Positions 24,682 through 38,860 of a stretch of DNA of 64,000 nucleotides are shown one piece after another. Position numbers and translations under genes: made by a program. The stretch comes from Octopus sinensis (lineage: Eukaryota). The DNA is taken from the NCBI RefSeq assembly GCF_006345805.1, contig NC_043005.1, positions 104,532,001 through 104,596,000 on the forward strand. Reading direction: 5' to 3'. Below the pieces are notes generated by a model. The model was not told the DNA's origin. It ran no database searches and was given only the letters and a program-made list of their open reading frames with translations. Numbering within the stretch: position 1 is the first letter of the stretch; every line of letters begins with the position of its first letter.

Positions 24682-24879
24682 CTTTATTTAAAGCAGCAGA
24701 AAATTCAATACAACCTGTTACTCTGTTACTCTGCTACAAAAACTGTCCGATGAACGGCAACGGGAAACTCAGAGTAACAGTTTTGTTAATTTTCTGCTGC
24801 TTAAATAAAGCATATTAATCTACCACTGGTATTTGAGTACTCTTTTTTCCACCTTGTTTCACATTTATGTGTTTACTCC

Positions 24880-24881
<2 letters not shown>
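24682..24881 (+). mobile_element. Second PLE-type mini-element with inverted arms (24682-24725 / 24770-24810) and hammerhead motif
   Basis: Imperfect inverted repeat of ~41 bp; a relative occurs at 63619-63720; flanked by (TA)n. Confidence 0.7.
24739..24784 (+). ncRNA. Minimal type-I hammerhead motif, CCGAUGA core
   Basis: 8-bp stem I AAAACTGT/ACAGTTTT; CCGATGA; stem II (A)CG-GCAA-CG(G); GAAA; ACTC-A-GAGT; GUA. Confidence 0.7.
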
Positions 24882-24949
<68 letters not shown>

Positions 24950-25316
24950 ATAAGAGAAGCGTACGTACGCCGCTATATATAATATATGTATAAAAAATAC
25001 CAACTGGGACAAGAATGCAAAACATTTTGATGACGACACAAAAAGCACGGACATTCGAAGCCTTCGATCTTCAGTCAAGAACCGGATCATCCTCGCAATT
25101 TCGGCTGATTAATCTTGAGGTTGCTCCAATCTGGCCAGCCCCAAGGAAAAACCAAGCTAAGCGCATTAGATTCCTTGGAAGAACGCTTCGAATGTATACA
25201 AAACAAGGACAGAAAAACGGACGATGTTACACGAATATGAATACGTAAAACAATGATAATAATATTAATAACAATAACAGGACATCATGAACAGGCGTCT
25301 TTCGACTAGGACGAAT

Positions 25317-25334
<18 letters not shown>

Positions 25335-25357
<23 letters not shown>

Positions 25358-25520
25358 CATTAAGGAATCCAGCGGTAATGCAGTACGATTGTTTCATGCA
25401 ACTCCATTTAGTTGAACAATGCAATCATTGTATCAATTTAAAATGCAGAGCAATCTTCAGCTGAACAAAGACATGGAATTTAATTAGATTAGAACAGAGG
25501 GACACATTAGAATAATCATA
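25335..25520 (-). repeat. Dispersed repeat family F (PLE-terminus-like); other copies at 50734-51040 and 55855-56010
   Basis: Shared block AATGCAGTACGA..TTGAACAATGCAATC..ATCTTCAGC..GGACACATTA in three loci. Confidence 0.6.
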
Positions 25521-25942
25521 CATAAAATCTCCAAGAAGTTAAGAAGATAGACAAAGAACATGCTGTCTCACACCAGCATAGAAGTTACTAAGGTTTTCAA
25601 GAAGATATACATTGTTACAGACTTGTGTCTGTCACTGATTTTTTTTTGTTTTTATGGGGTCAGTTTTAATTTATAGACTAGTTTATCAATTCCCTTGTAT
25701 ATCTAAGGCTGAGAGAACAGAGGGCAGTATCTGAGGGAGCAGAGAAACATCAGACACTAACACATACATACATACATACATACATACATACATACATACA
25801 CATATATATATAAATATATATGTATAAATGTATATCTATATATGTATATATACACACACACATATACATATAAGTTTGGTGATACAACCGAGAATATATG
25901 TGTGTGTGTGAGTCCGCATGTATGTATGTTTGTATGTATGTA

Positions 25943-26041
<99 letters not shown>

Positions 26042-26462
26042 CTACTCACATGCATACCCCACCGTTTGGGTTACAGCTACGCTAGAGCATCGAGTTCAAA
26101 GACCAAGTCAGTTTCACTGGCTCCCCTACTTCGATAGCGCTATCGTATTAGTAAGGGTTAACTGACGAAACCGAGGTGGACAGCATTTGGACTCGGAATT
26201 TTAAAAGATGTAAATCAAATGTCAGTTTTATCTGTAATTCTAAAGATTTCACCACGAAAAAGGGAATGAGTGTGAGGAAATGAGTGAGGGGCTGTGAGTG
26301 AGGGCAAGAGAACGAATTAGAGTAAGAAAATCATAAATAGGTTGGCCAGCTGATAAATTGATAGATATATACAAGTAAGTGTACAAGTGTGAAATAATAT
26401 TCACACACACCCACACACAATACACACACACGTGCGTATCTATGTGTGCGCGCGTGTGTATG

Positions 26463-26541
<79 letters not shown>

Positions 26542-28399
26542 ATAGAAATATTAAAATTACTAAGTCTCTCTATACATACATACATACACATATATACGAA
26601 TTTAGAGAGTAGTGGAGGGAGAGGAAAGTGATAAAAAGAAAGGAAAAGAGAAAACAAAGCAGAGAATGAGAAGGGAACAAAGTCTGAATGTATTTGAGAT
26701 ATAAAGGGAGAGGGTGGGGAGTTGGAAGAGGGAGTAGGTAGAAGCTATAATATAAAAGAAAATATGGAAAAGAGAGTACGGGAAAAGAATAGAAGAGGTA
26801 AATAGAAGTTATAAGAACGGAGGAAGAGAGGTGGAGTTATAATACTGAAGAGAGGGAGAGTGAAGGAGAGGAAGATAGAAGAAAAGTTTGTAGAAGCTGT
26901 AAAGGAGGACAAATGAGGGGGAGAGAGAGAGAGAGAGAAGAGGTTATGAGAGGAGGATAGCATGAAATCAATGTTTGGAAGTGTGTGTCAGTCGACAGCC
27001 GTTTAAATCGTTTATCTATAAAAATTCTAGATCAAAATTTTAATATCAAAAAGATCAGCAGCAGCAACAACAACAACAACAACAACGCAAAAACAACATC
27101 TGCAACAAAAGAAGTAGGACAAATGAAATTTTAACTTCACGTATTAAAAAGAAAGAAGAAATGAATAAAAAATAATAATATATGATGACTGAATGAATAA
27201 AAGCGAGAAGACAATCTGTCGTGTTACCATATATATCGGCCAATTCTGGGAAGCCCTCCAAAACAACAACAACTGATACAGAAACGGCAACGACAATAAT
27301 AATGGGAAGAAGTGGAAGACTACCAGAATCACTGGTGCTAATTTATAGATGATAACGTTAGATTAACGTAGTTACAATCGGGTGAGAACATGCAAGTTGG
27401 AATTGGCCGAGAAGATTTTATTAGCGTTCCAACTGGATGGATCGATTAGAGACTCAAAATCAAGAGAGAAAGGGAAAAGGCGGGAGATGCCATTGTTTTG
27501 CGATGCTGTTGGCGGCAAAAGAGGGGAAAGCGTTACCGATCCTAGATCCAAATGAAGCTATTAATTCGCTTAATTAATTAAATTAAATTAAATAATTTAA
27601 TTTCAGTTTAATCACATCAAACCGACCATGTCAAAATTTTGACAATTTCCATATCACTTTTTGGCATGTTTCAGATAAAATTCTTGTAACACTTTATAGC
27701 TTTTCGTTGTTATCTCTTTAACTTGTTACCCCCGCTGTTCCTTGGTAATATATCTATTATATATTTGTAAGTATGCGCTTCTCTGGGTTAGTAAATAAGT
27801 CTGGGTGTGTTTCTATATGTTCACTTACGGTTTTTAGATACATGTGCGGTGCGTGTGTGTATGAGAATTTGTAGTGTGTGTGTGTGTGTGGGTGTGTGTG
27901 TGTGGGTGTGTGTGTTTGTGTGTGGAGAGAGTCGGTATCTGTGTGTATATGTATTGGTAAATCTATTTGAATGTTTCTCATCAAGCAATACACGTATACC
28001 GCCGGAAGTGCTCGTATATATAACTGCTTGTATGTATATGTATGTTCGTTTCTTGAGAGATATTTAAGTGAAATGATTGTGACATGTGGTGTAGAGGGCA
28101 ACGATGAACGCAATACCCCCACTCTAGATTCTGTCATATACGTTGTATCTTCAAAATATACTAGGGTGATGAATATATTATAATATACTATAATATAATG
28201 AAATATATATATATATATGAAAGAATGGAGTTGAACGACGAATTAACAAAATTCCTTTATTTTCGACATATGCGAAGGAATAAGGAGTATATTATGCCGC
28301 TTTCTCATCAGGAAAAGCAAGGAACTTATGTCAACATCAAGATGCACAAAAAAACTTTTAGATGACTGCTCACACGGAGCCCATAGTGAAAATATATAT

Positions 28400-28430
<31 letters not shown>

Positions 28431-28462
28431 ATATATATATATTATATATATATATATATATG

Positions 28463-28506
<44 letters not shown>

Positions 28507-28509
28507 TAT

Positions 28510-28546
<37 letters not shown>

Positions 28547-29185
28547 GCGGCGGAGTCTCATGTTTCAAAACCAGAAACTCTCAGAGATCAAAGATACATC
28601 ACTGACGATGCACCCTAGGGCGTATGTATGTGTATATCGATACACATACACACATGTATGAATATATATGTGTAGGTATATATCTTCAGAATTGTTCTCA
28701 GCATTTAAATGCGCTATCAAGGTTTTCTTTTTTTACAACGTTGTATTTATTTTCATTACATTTTGTTGTGAATATATTTTGATAAATATATAGCTTTGTA
28801 TCTTTTAGAAAAAATATAATTATCAAAATATGAAAGAAAATTCATTATCATTAAAATAGTGCAGTACTACGGTAATCCTAGTTATGTGTTTAGACATAAG
28901 AAGTTTTACTATCTGCTGTGATCCCAGCGGCTGGTACTACTGTCCAGAAGCGTTGCTGAGCAGTTACTCTAGAATCCCTAAAAACCGTAGCAGTCAAAAG
29001 AAGACTACAACCGGGAGGTTTAATGCCAGCTGTAGGGAGATGGATGAATAATGTCTAGTTGGAAGTAGGAGGTAGGAGGTAGAGTTAGAAAGAAAGGGTG
29101 CAAGATATGCAATTATGAAGTTCAACTGGTTTCACATGTCGGTTGTTAGCCGGCTAATACTAATGCTAAAGGAACTTTTAAATAA

Positions 29186-29220
<35 letters not shown>

Positions 29221-29506
29221 AACACAACACACACACAGATATATATATATATATATATATATGTTAAAGTTTCCGACGACAATCTGATAATCTTATTAGC
29301 GAACATATACCATTCATTATATTTTGCCGAAAGAATAGGTGCCATGCAGTGGGACTGAACCCGGGCCTCTATGTGGTTATGAAGCAAACTTCTTACCACT
29401 CAGCCCCGGCTTTGGCTATGTGTATGTGTGTGTGTGCGTATGTACACATGTATATTATATAAGTATATATATATACATATATGTGTGTGTATATATGTAT
29501 ATGCGT

Positions 29507-29815
29507 GGAGGCGCAATGGCCCAGTGGTTAGGGCAGCGGACTCGTGGTCGTAGGATCGCGGTTTCGATTCCCAGACCGGGCGTTGTGAGTGTTTATTGAG
29601 CGAAAACACCTAAAAGCTCCACGAGGCTCCGGCATGGGCTGGTGGTGATCCCTGCTGTACTCTTTCACCACTCTTTCTCCCACTCTTTCTTCTGTTGGCC
29701 TGCTCGCTTAGCCAGCGGGGTGGCGTCATTCGAAGGCTAAAACAATGCGAACGCATTGTGACCAGCGATGTGTAACAACATCTGATGGTCTGGTCGGTCA
29801 CGTGATCACGTGATA
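29507..29815 (+). mobile_element. Full-length tRNA-derived SINE family C
   Basis: A box TGGCCCAGTGG 29517-29527; B-box-like GGTTTCGATTCC 29560-29571; (CACGTGAT)2 end; head repeated at 40986 and 61058. Confidence 0.88.
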
Positions 29816-32800
29816 TGTATATGCATATATATATGCGTGTCTGTTTGTGTGTGTGTATGAACTGAGCGCGTTGCATTCATATGAGAATTTATTCGTATAT
29901 GATAATGCATACTGTAGATTACGTAAATGTAGTTTATTAACGTAATTGTCGAATAGTTAATGCATCACACTCACACATCCTTTCTCTCACACGCTGAATG
30001 AGGGAGAGTGGGGGAGGCTAGATAATGGTGACCAAATGCCTATCCCTCACTGCTCCGTGAGGTTATCAATTATGAATTATACTTCAAAATAATATATTAA
30101 TTATGAACTCGATTTGAACTGATTTTACCAGTAAAACTTAGATGTGTTACAGTGTGACTCCCTTGCCGTATTTCAAATGTAGAGGAGCTTCAAATCAATG
30201 TCTTCATTTCGATCCCGATAAATATACCGTGCTAGATGTGCTTGGAATGACAATATTGTGCCAATCGTGAAAATCGATAAATTAGTTATATACATTCGTT
30301 TTATTAGGAGAATGTAAGAAGCGAAGGTAATTGGTTAGGAGCGATAGTTAATTAGCTACTGGGTGGTTTAAATTAATCGTTAAAGAAAAGCCTTAATAAT
30401 ATTAAATACAAAGGTAAGCTGTCAAGTAATGACTAATGTAACCATATTAGAAACGCGAACTGTAATAATCACATTCGTCTATATTAATGATATAAACTAA
30501 TGATCTAAAGGATATATCTGTGTGTGCAATAATAAATCTAAGCTACATTAACACGTGACACATTTAATAATACACATGTCTAAATATGCATGGAGTATAT
30601 GGCATGTTAAGTAATATAGTATGGATTAATATAATGCATTGCCTATTGTATACGACAAGCAATAAACCATATATTATGTATTATACAGCGCATTGCATAT
30701 AGTATAAGGCCACTACATAATATTGTATAACATTTATATAGGATCGTTAGCTGTAGTATATTACAAATTAAATTACACAGTATGGATTATATCATGTATA
30801 ATCTACTGTTTAAAACCAATGATAAGCTATGTGAAATATTTGCACCACGTCACTATGCAGTCATTGTATTAAGCGAAACAATTTCGGCGTCAGTGTTGGT
30901 ACTCTATAAAGCAATATGCATTAGTTTGATTTAGACATCATGGCAAAGATCATGCTGCAGTGTCGCCTTAAAATGCCTCCTGTCAGCAAAATTATTGGTA
31001 GATGGATTGTCAGATCATCCAATTTAACGCGTAGCCTGTTTAAACAATTTAATTTAAGACCAATAAAATGTTGAATATTCTACACCCGGTATCTAATAAT
31101 CTTATCATAGTTATCTTAAATGTGTTTCACAACAGTGCGAGCGTTTTCAAATGATGGTATTTAATATTTTGGCCACATGCAATATCTGATATTACCGGAA
31201 CCTTGCACCTCTATGTCGTTCTGTAAATTTTTCTGTCGAGGATTTGGTCCCAAAATTAGATGCCTAAAAGTTCGTAGCTTCATATTGATCCATAAGGGTA
31301 TAGTTAACATCATAGAGTAAAAATGGGTTCAACGTGTTGGAAAAAAACTTGGTCGAAGGGAGATGAAATCTCTATTGGCACTTCATCTCTTGGTATTTAA
31401 AATGCAGTAGATATTTACTTTCGCTTTATTAGATAAGTTTTCCCATTGTGTTAGACCTCTCTTTCTTACGTCGTAACATTCATCCCATTGTTTGAACTCT
31501 TGATATTTCTGTTTGCTCATATACACATCATTTGTTTCCTTGAATTCCCTGGATAACAACATACTCTGGATCTAACTGTCTAATATGAATTGACGTTTTG
31601 AAAATATGTGGCTATTAGCTATGAACTGTCATTTTAATTTTAGAAGGTCGATCGGAAAGTTACAGAGTTCAGTAAGGAAGAAGGAGCGATCTCACAACGG
31701 ATAATTTCATAAGCTAACAAGAGAGAATGCAGCCAGTACCTTTTGAGGCACACGAACTCATTACAAGGAATTACTTGTTCTCCACTGGCACCAAGTTACA
31801 GGAATGGAATTGCAGATGTATTTTGGAATTTCATGAAAAGAAGTACGAACACATTTCGGTTGAATATATCTGATGGATGGAGGGTGAGAGTAGTAAATGT
31901 AATACGAGTAATTTGATTATTATAAGCATTGAAAGGTGGAGCAGGAATTTGGCAAGTTTGGGGAGCCGTGCACAAGATATTGACTAAAGCATTCAACTGT
32001 ATCACAAAGGTCACGTGGTGAATTTTAATGTTACATGGTTGCTTCTTACATACGATACGTAGGATAACAGAACATAGAAAGATATTTTACATAGTTTTAG
32101 GCTCACAAAAAGTAAATTCCATTTAGGAGAAATTGTAAAAAATCAGCTTTCTGTTTGTTTAATGTGTCCTTTCTAACAGAAAAGATAAGCTCGATTATAA
32201 CTGCTTATTTATGAACTGTCGATTGGAGAGTAGTAGTGCTGAGGTAACAGTGTAAATGGTGGAGTGTGTAAAGAATGTTGGAAGAAGAGGATATGAAGAA
32301 ACTTACTTCCTTGTACTTATCTGTTATTAAATATGGTATCACATTGCATGTCTTGAGAATCATCGGTCTTTAACAAACAAAAAACAATTTTAGCTCGGTT
32401 GATCACTATCACACTAATGTTAACAATAGAGCGTTGTGGTATTTGTTCAATCTCTTTACATGCTGAGTTCAAATCCTGCGAAGATTAGCTTTGCTTTTTA
32501 TTATTTCGGTGTAAAAAAAAAGGTGCCATTCAAGTTCTAAAGTCAAATCGTCTAACCCTTATGCCTAAGTTTAAAAACTATTATTTCATTGAAGCTAGGC
32601 CAGTAGATGGTATAAGAGTCAGAATTACGTAGAACATATTTTGTAGTAATTAGTTAAATTCATCAATTCCCGAGCTCAGTTATGTCCGGGGATCTGGCCT
32701 TTATTAAAACAAGTACAATTCATTTATTTATTCTTATGTACTCTTTCCAACTAATTTGTGACGGTGTGTCTATGCAAGAAATTGCATTGTTAATGTTACC

Positions 32801-32893
32801 CTATCTCCTTTCTGGTTTAACTATTATTATTTCAAGAGATTTTAGTTTTTCATTTTCTGTTTATTTTTTATAAACACTAGTAGAAAGAAGGAA

Positions 32894-32894
<1 letters not shown>

Positions 32895-32951
<57 letters not shown>

Positions 32952-33162
32952 CATTATTATTATTATCATTATTATTATTATTATTATTGTTGTTGTTGTT
33001 ATTATTATTATTATTATTGTTATTATTGTTATTATTATTATTATTATTATCATTATTATTATTATTATTATCATTATTATTATTATTATTATTTATTATT
33101 ATTATTATTATTGTTGTTGTTGTTATTATTATTATTATTATTATTATTTATTATTATTATTA

Positions 33163-33236
<74 letters not shown>

Positions 33237-33240
33237 AGTT
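32895..33240. repeat. Long (ATT)n/(GTT)n microsatellite
   Basis: Directly visible. Confidence 0.95.
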
Positions 33241-34124
33241 GTTGTTATTCTAAATTTATTACTGCAGTTGTTGTTATTCTAAAATTTTCCTTTTTAATTT
33301 TTACTTCATTTCTACTTTTAAATTTATTAGAAAAATAACGAAAGAAAAACAGAGACGAAGAATAAAAACAAATACGATGAAATAAAAGTTTTGTTTTCCG
33401 ATTCAATTTCAATATTCAGTGATTTCCACACCTAATTACTTTCAACGGCCATCTTTCACTTATTCTACACACTGACTGACTTCTTCACTAAATGTAGTGG
33501 GGTTTTTTTGTTTTTGTTTTTCGTGATGTGTTTTTCTATGTTGGCAATCTCTTGTTTTATACTGAAGTACTTTTTTACTGGGCAGTGGTGGCGGCGATGA
33601 TTGTGGCAGTGCTATTGTCAAAGGTGGTGGTGGTGGGGGTGGGGGTGATGGTCGTCATGATTTTAATCTTCAGCTATCTGTTTATGATATGCTTCTTTAA
33701 TCAATCTGTTGGTTATTTTAATAGTATTGCAAAGCTATCTACCAAATACACATACATACACATTCATACACACATTCTCTCATTCACACACATGTTCCCA
33801 TTTACACACACACAAACACACACACACATACGTGTTTGCGAATACGCGAACACGTTCATGTCCGCAAATAGCTGTATACACATGTTCGTGCACATACAAT
33901 AATAGGTCCTGATATAAATATTCTTCAGCTCATCAGCATTGCAGCCACTACTTCTGTCACTACCAAAAGTTCGAGACCGGGTGTTTCATCCACCATGCCA
34001 AACCGACACTTTTGCGAAATGAACCATGGTCGCCTGCACCATACCTGTGTCAACGCCATCTAAATGTTACTATAGTTGTCACTATTAATACAACCACCAC
34101 TTATACAGAACCACTCCGTCACAA

Positions 34125-34142
34125 ACATTAATAATAATAATA

Positions 34143-34174
<32 letters not shown>

Positions 34175-34185
34175 TGATGATGATG

Positions 34186-34255
<70 letters not shown>

Positions 34256-34272
34256 TAATAATAATAATAAAC
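34125..34272. repeat. (AAT)n/(GAT)n microsatellite
   Basis: Directly visible. Confidence 0.95.
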
Positions 34273-34976
34273 CACCATCATCTGTGCCACACCATCACCA
34301 CCCCATCAATACCACTACCCCAACCATCAGCAATATCAGTATTATCCTTAAACCACCAGCACCAGCATCACTAGCTAGTCCTCCTCTTTAGCTACTCTCT
34401 ATTACCAGCGCCCATCACAATAACAACGATTGCTATCATCACTCCCACCATCATTGCATTCATATTTATTTATATACTTATTCTCGCCTCTCTTTGTTTT
34501 TTTCTTTTTTTTCCAGACCCTTCAGAAATGAAATGATGGGCGAACGAGCCCTCCCTAACCCTATTTTAAGTAGCTTTGACACATTTTAAATACGTTCTAG
34601 ATTTAAATTCGATTGTGCATAGCTTTCGTTGTAACCGATGCTTATTGTTATTATTATTACTAATATTATTTTTATTATCACTTCCATCATCATCATCATC
34701 ATCATCATCACCATCATCATCATCATTTTCTTATATTATTTATTGTTTTTCCTTCACGCGTTAATGGAAAGATAACTCGTTGATATGTTTATTTGGTCGG
34801 ATTGCTTCACTGCAAATACGATGACAAACAACACGAATTTTTTCACATTTACACATACTGTTACAAGCATCCACACAATTCTCACTATACGTTGCAATCA
34901 TATAATGAGGCATTTACTCTCGCTCACACACACACTTTCTCTCTCTCTCTCTTTCTCTCTCTCTCTTTCTCTCTCC

Positions 34977-35010
<34 letters not shown>

Positions 35011-35532
35011 ATTCTTTTTGGGAATATCTCGAACTACACACATAAAGCGTGTGTGTGTATGTATGTGTATGGAAGCACTGAGTAACAAAGAAAAAGAAAT
35101 AATTTGAACTATGGTGATGGTGCCTATTTAAATGAAATGAGTCGGAATGAAAGAATGTCGAATATATCGTACGAAGCTTATATGTATAAACTACTTTTAT
35201 CCGAAACACTCTGTTTCGATGTGCATGAAAGCACATCTGTTTGCACACACACACACACACACACATACACACGCTCACACATTCGCACTCACACGCGCGC
35301 GCGCACAGGCACACACATGCTCATTATATGTCTATATACATATATGATAGGCAACATCGAAGAATGGAGTTGGCATGCTTCTTTTACTAACCTGTTTATA
35401 ATTGATTCGTCAATTTTCATTATAACCAATCTTGCATCATGCTGTTATCATTATCCGTAGAAGTGCTCTTATGGGGGAAAATATCTGGATTATATATCCA
35501 AATTCACTTGGACAGACAGACACACATACACG

Positions 35533-35563
<31 letters not shown>

Positions 35564-35926
35564 CACACACACACACACACACACATTCACACACGTACGT
35601 TAGATGTCATGCATAAATGTACGTATATATTCAATAGGTAAACAATGCATGTGGATGGAATTGAATATGGCGGCAATCTTTAAGGTATGAATAAATGCAA
35701 GAAACTATTACCTCCGCGCAGCAATGGTTGTGTAGTTAAGAAGTTCGCTTTGCAGTATCAGCTTCATTCATTTACCAGTTCCTTGGACAAATGTCTCCCG
35801 CTGCAGCCTCATGCTGAACAAAACGTTGTGAGTCAGTGAATTTGGTAGATCTAAAATGTGTGGATTCCCGTCATACATACGGACGTTCGCACGTGCACAC
35901 AGACAGACACATATATTTATATAAAT

Positions 35927-36160
35927 AGGCGGCGAGCTGGCGGAACTGTTAGCACGCCGGGTGAAATGCGTAGCCGTATTTCGTCTACCGTTACGTTCCG
36001 AGTTCAAATTCCGCCGGTAGGTCGACTTTGCCTTTCATCCTTTCGGGGTCGATAAATTAAGTACCAGTTACGCACTGGGGTCGATATAATCGACTTAAAT
36101 TCGTTTGTCTGTCCTTGTTTGTCCCCTCTATGTTTAGCCCCTTGTGGGTAGTAAAGAAAC
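35927..36160 (+). mobile_element. Well-preserved SINE family B
   Basis: GAGCTGGCGGAA head, B-box-like GAGTTCAAATTCC, central GCCTTTCATCCTTTCGGGGTCGATAAATTAAGTACCAG, tail TTTAGCCCCTTGTGGGTAGTAAAGAAA. Confidence 0.9.
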
Positions 36161-36570
36161 ATATATATTTATATAAATACATATATATTTTTTCTATATA
36201 TTTACATATAAGTTTTTGTATCTGTCTTCCCCCTTCCCATACCTAACATCCGGCGTTGGTTTGTTTAAGTTCCCGTGACAGTTCAGCAAAAGAGGCCAAT
36301 TGAATTAAGCACAAGATTTCAAAAGTACGTACTGGAGGTGATTTAGTTGACTATTCCTTTCAAGGCAGTGCCCCAGCATTATTGCGGTCCAATGACTGAA
36401 TCAAATAAAAAATAAACGATAAATGATACTTACCTACACATATGAAAACATTCCGTTGATTTCATTGTCGAGGCAGAATAACGGAATAATCTACGCTTAA
36501 CTTGTTAAGTGTTGCGAAAAGTCAAAGTTTAACGTAGGAGAAATGATATATTCAAAATTATCACAAAGTA

Positions 36571-36720
36571 CCGTATTTTGACGTGTATAAGGAACCCCCT
36601 AATTCGGAGGGCTCAAAATTGGGAAAAAAGATTTTGTAAGGGATTACGATGCTATTTACGTCCATATTTTTTAAACCTAATTTTTGACAAAAACGGGTTC
36701 CTTATACAATTGAAATACGG
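36571..36720. mobile_element. 150-bp MITE, Tc1/mariner superfamily (pogo/Tc2-like termini)
   Basis: TA-CCGTATTTTGACGTGTATAAGGAACCC ... GGGTTCCTTATACAATTGAAATACGG-TA: imperfect ~27-bp TIRs and TA flanks. Confidence 0.75.
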
Positions 36721-37422
36721 TATATCATCGTCTTGCAATTTTTGGGGATAAAGATAAAAAGAATGTGAAAAATGGCATTCTGTCTTACAGTAAAAGGCCA
36801 GGTTGTAGAGTAGCGTTTGACAAGTAGTCCTCATCAGAACTTTAGTCTCGTAATCTACCTTCAGCAGCAATTCACATATAAATGCCACATCCCAGTACTG
36901 TGGTCTTCATATTTATTACAAAAATAATGCAATGTATCGATCACAAGATCATGATTTCTGTTCCAAGACTGGTGCTACATTGTTTTCTTGAGCTAAACTC
37001 TTCGTTTCACGTTACTCTACTCCATGCCATTGCGACGTAGGCATTCTGTTCTGGGGGAACGTAGGCCTAACCGCGTAGCTAGCCGGCTGACATCATTCCA
37101 TTACTACAACAATGCGAGGAGAAAGATGATGGGTTCAGAAAATATTCTAGAAGATGAATTAGCTGAAGTGGTCCGACCTAAGCATGGGCTTAAAGACCAT
37201 GGTTACACGAAAAGTTCCTGATGATTATAAAGAAAAATCCTGAAATTTCACAAATATGCGAACAACAACAGGATGGAAAGAAATTGCGAACCCGGGCAAA
37301 TAGACTATAGAGATGAAGAACTGTTAGAATCTGATGCACCGTCAAATTAAATGTCAAGAATTCAGGTGCGAAAACGGTGACTATAAAAACAACTGAGGTT
37401 TATTATAAACATATATAAGCAT

Positions 37423-37595
<173 letters not shown>

Positions 37596-38169
37596 CTTCC
37601 CCTTTCTCGGTATGTGTGCGTGTGTGTGTGTGTATGATAGTTGTCCACTCTTGACTGACGAAGAATGTCATTAACTATTGCCACGGAAAATGACAGCAAT
37701 GGCTGTGCATGAATTTATTACACCAGAAGTCAGCTTCATTCGGATTCGCATCCGCTGATTCCAAACTTGCCGCGATGCACTTCTATTCGACCAAGCATTA
37801 GATAGTTGCCTCGTCGACGATTACACAACCTACTTTTTTTAGTCCAATAAGGCTTGCGCACCACCTCATAGACCCTCTCCACTCTACTAACATGATTCGG
37901 ACGCAAACTGGGGCAAGATGGCAAAATATCTAGTTACAATATGGGTCGCAGGCCATGGAATGCGGGAGTGCCATGATCTGAAGCGCAAGAAAAAGTTTCT
38001 TGAAATGTCTACTGCCATTCCTTGCATATCTAGTTTTATATCAGAGTCACATCCTCTGAGAGACGTGCTTTAACAAAAACTAAGGGCGGCTCGCTCCCAG
38101 TTATCTTCGAGTACGCCGGGCACCAACTCGGAGTCTCTGAGTGCCCGAGCTACTCATACACACGCACAC

Positions 38170-38860
38170 ATATATCTATTCATTTTACCTGCGCAATATT
38201 CCTGGAGTAGTTGTGGAGGTAGATTCGTCAGGTACCCCCTCCATAGGGTTTTATCAGAAACTAGTGTCGTTACACTTTCTGGCTAGAATCCCAAATGTGT
38301 CCATCTGAGACTATGGATATTATCCAAACATTTCGTTATTCGTCTACCACATAATCACTGACCGGTTGGCTCGATTTGAAGAATCTGTCTTTCTGATTCT
38401 TTTCTGCGACGTTCAAATCACATGCTCACAGCACTGGAGTTGTGGTACCTCAGTGCTCTGTTGTAGCAGATTGACCTGGACTGACTCCCTGATTTCCAAA
38501 CTATGCACCCTGTTGAATAGCATTACTCCAGAGATCCTTCGGAGGAACACCAGTTCGGACGCTTGTATTCATGATCGTACTCTTTCGGTCATTCAGCATA
38601 TTCATGACCTTAAGTGAGGGTAAGCAGAAAAACCGAATTGAAAATAACAAGTTTGGCTTTGGTTTTTTTGTTAGACTCTCCTCATCTCAGGATCAAATTC
38701 TGGAGCTGGCGCATTACTGTTCCTGCATCTGTAAGTTTAGCATCCAATTCAGCATCCTGCTTGCTATCACTTGTGAATATGGCCCCGAGATATTTAAACT
38801 TCTCCACTTGTCTCCGCCTCTTCCACTAACATGCAGATAATACTGGGAAGACTTTCTTTA
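38170..38860 (-). mobile_element. RTE-clade LINE 3' remnant
   Basis: QVEKFKYLGAIFTSD..ELD; LTLT*GHE; MTERVRS.IQASELVFLRRISG; W.DNIHSLRWTHLGI; LW..YLTNLPPQ. Confidence 0.85.

Noticed and set aside
25040-25078. Minus-strand CTGAAGA-TCGAAGGCTTC-GAATGTC hammerhead
   Set aside because: GAAA is incomplete and there is no stem I; at most a decayed remnant. The same applies to CTGACGA at 28592 (truncated), 26161 and CTGATGA at 42877.
29507-29585. tRNA gene (also other SINE heads)
   Set aside because: Has A/B boxes but no clean cloverleaf, and continues into a repeated SINE body.
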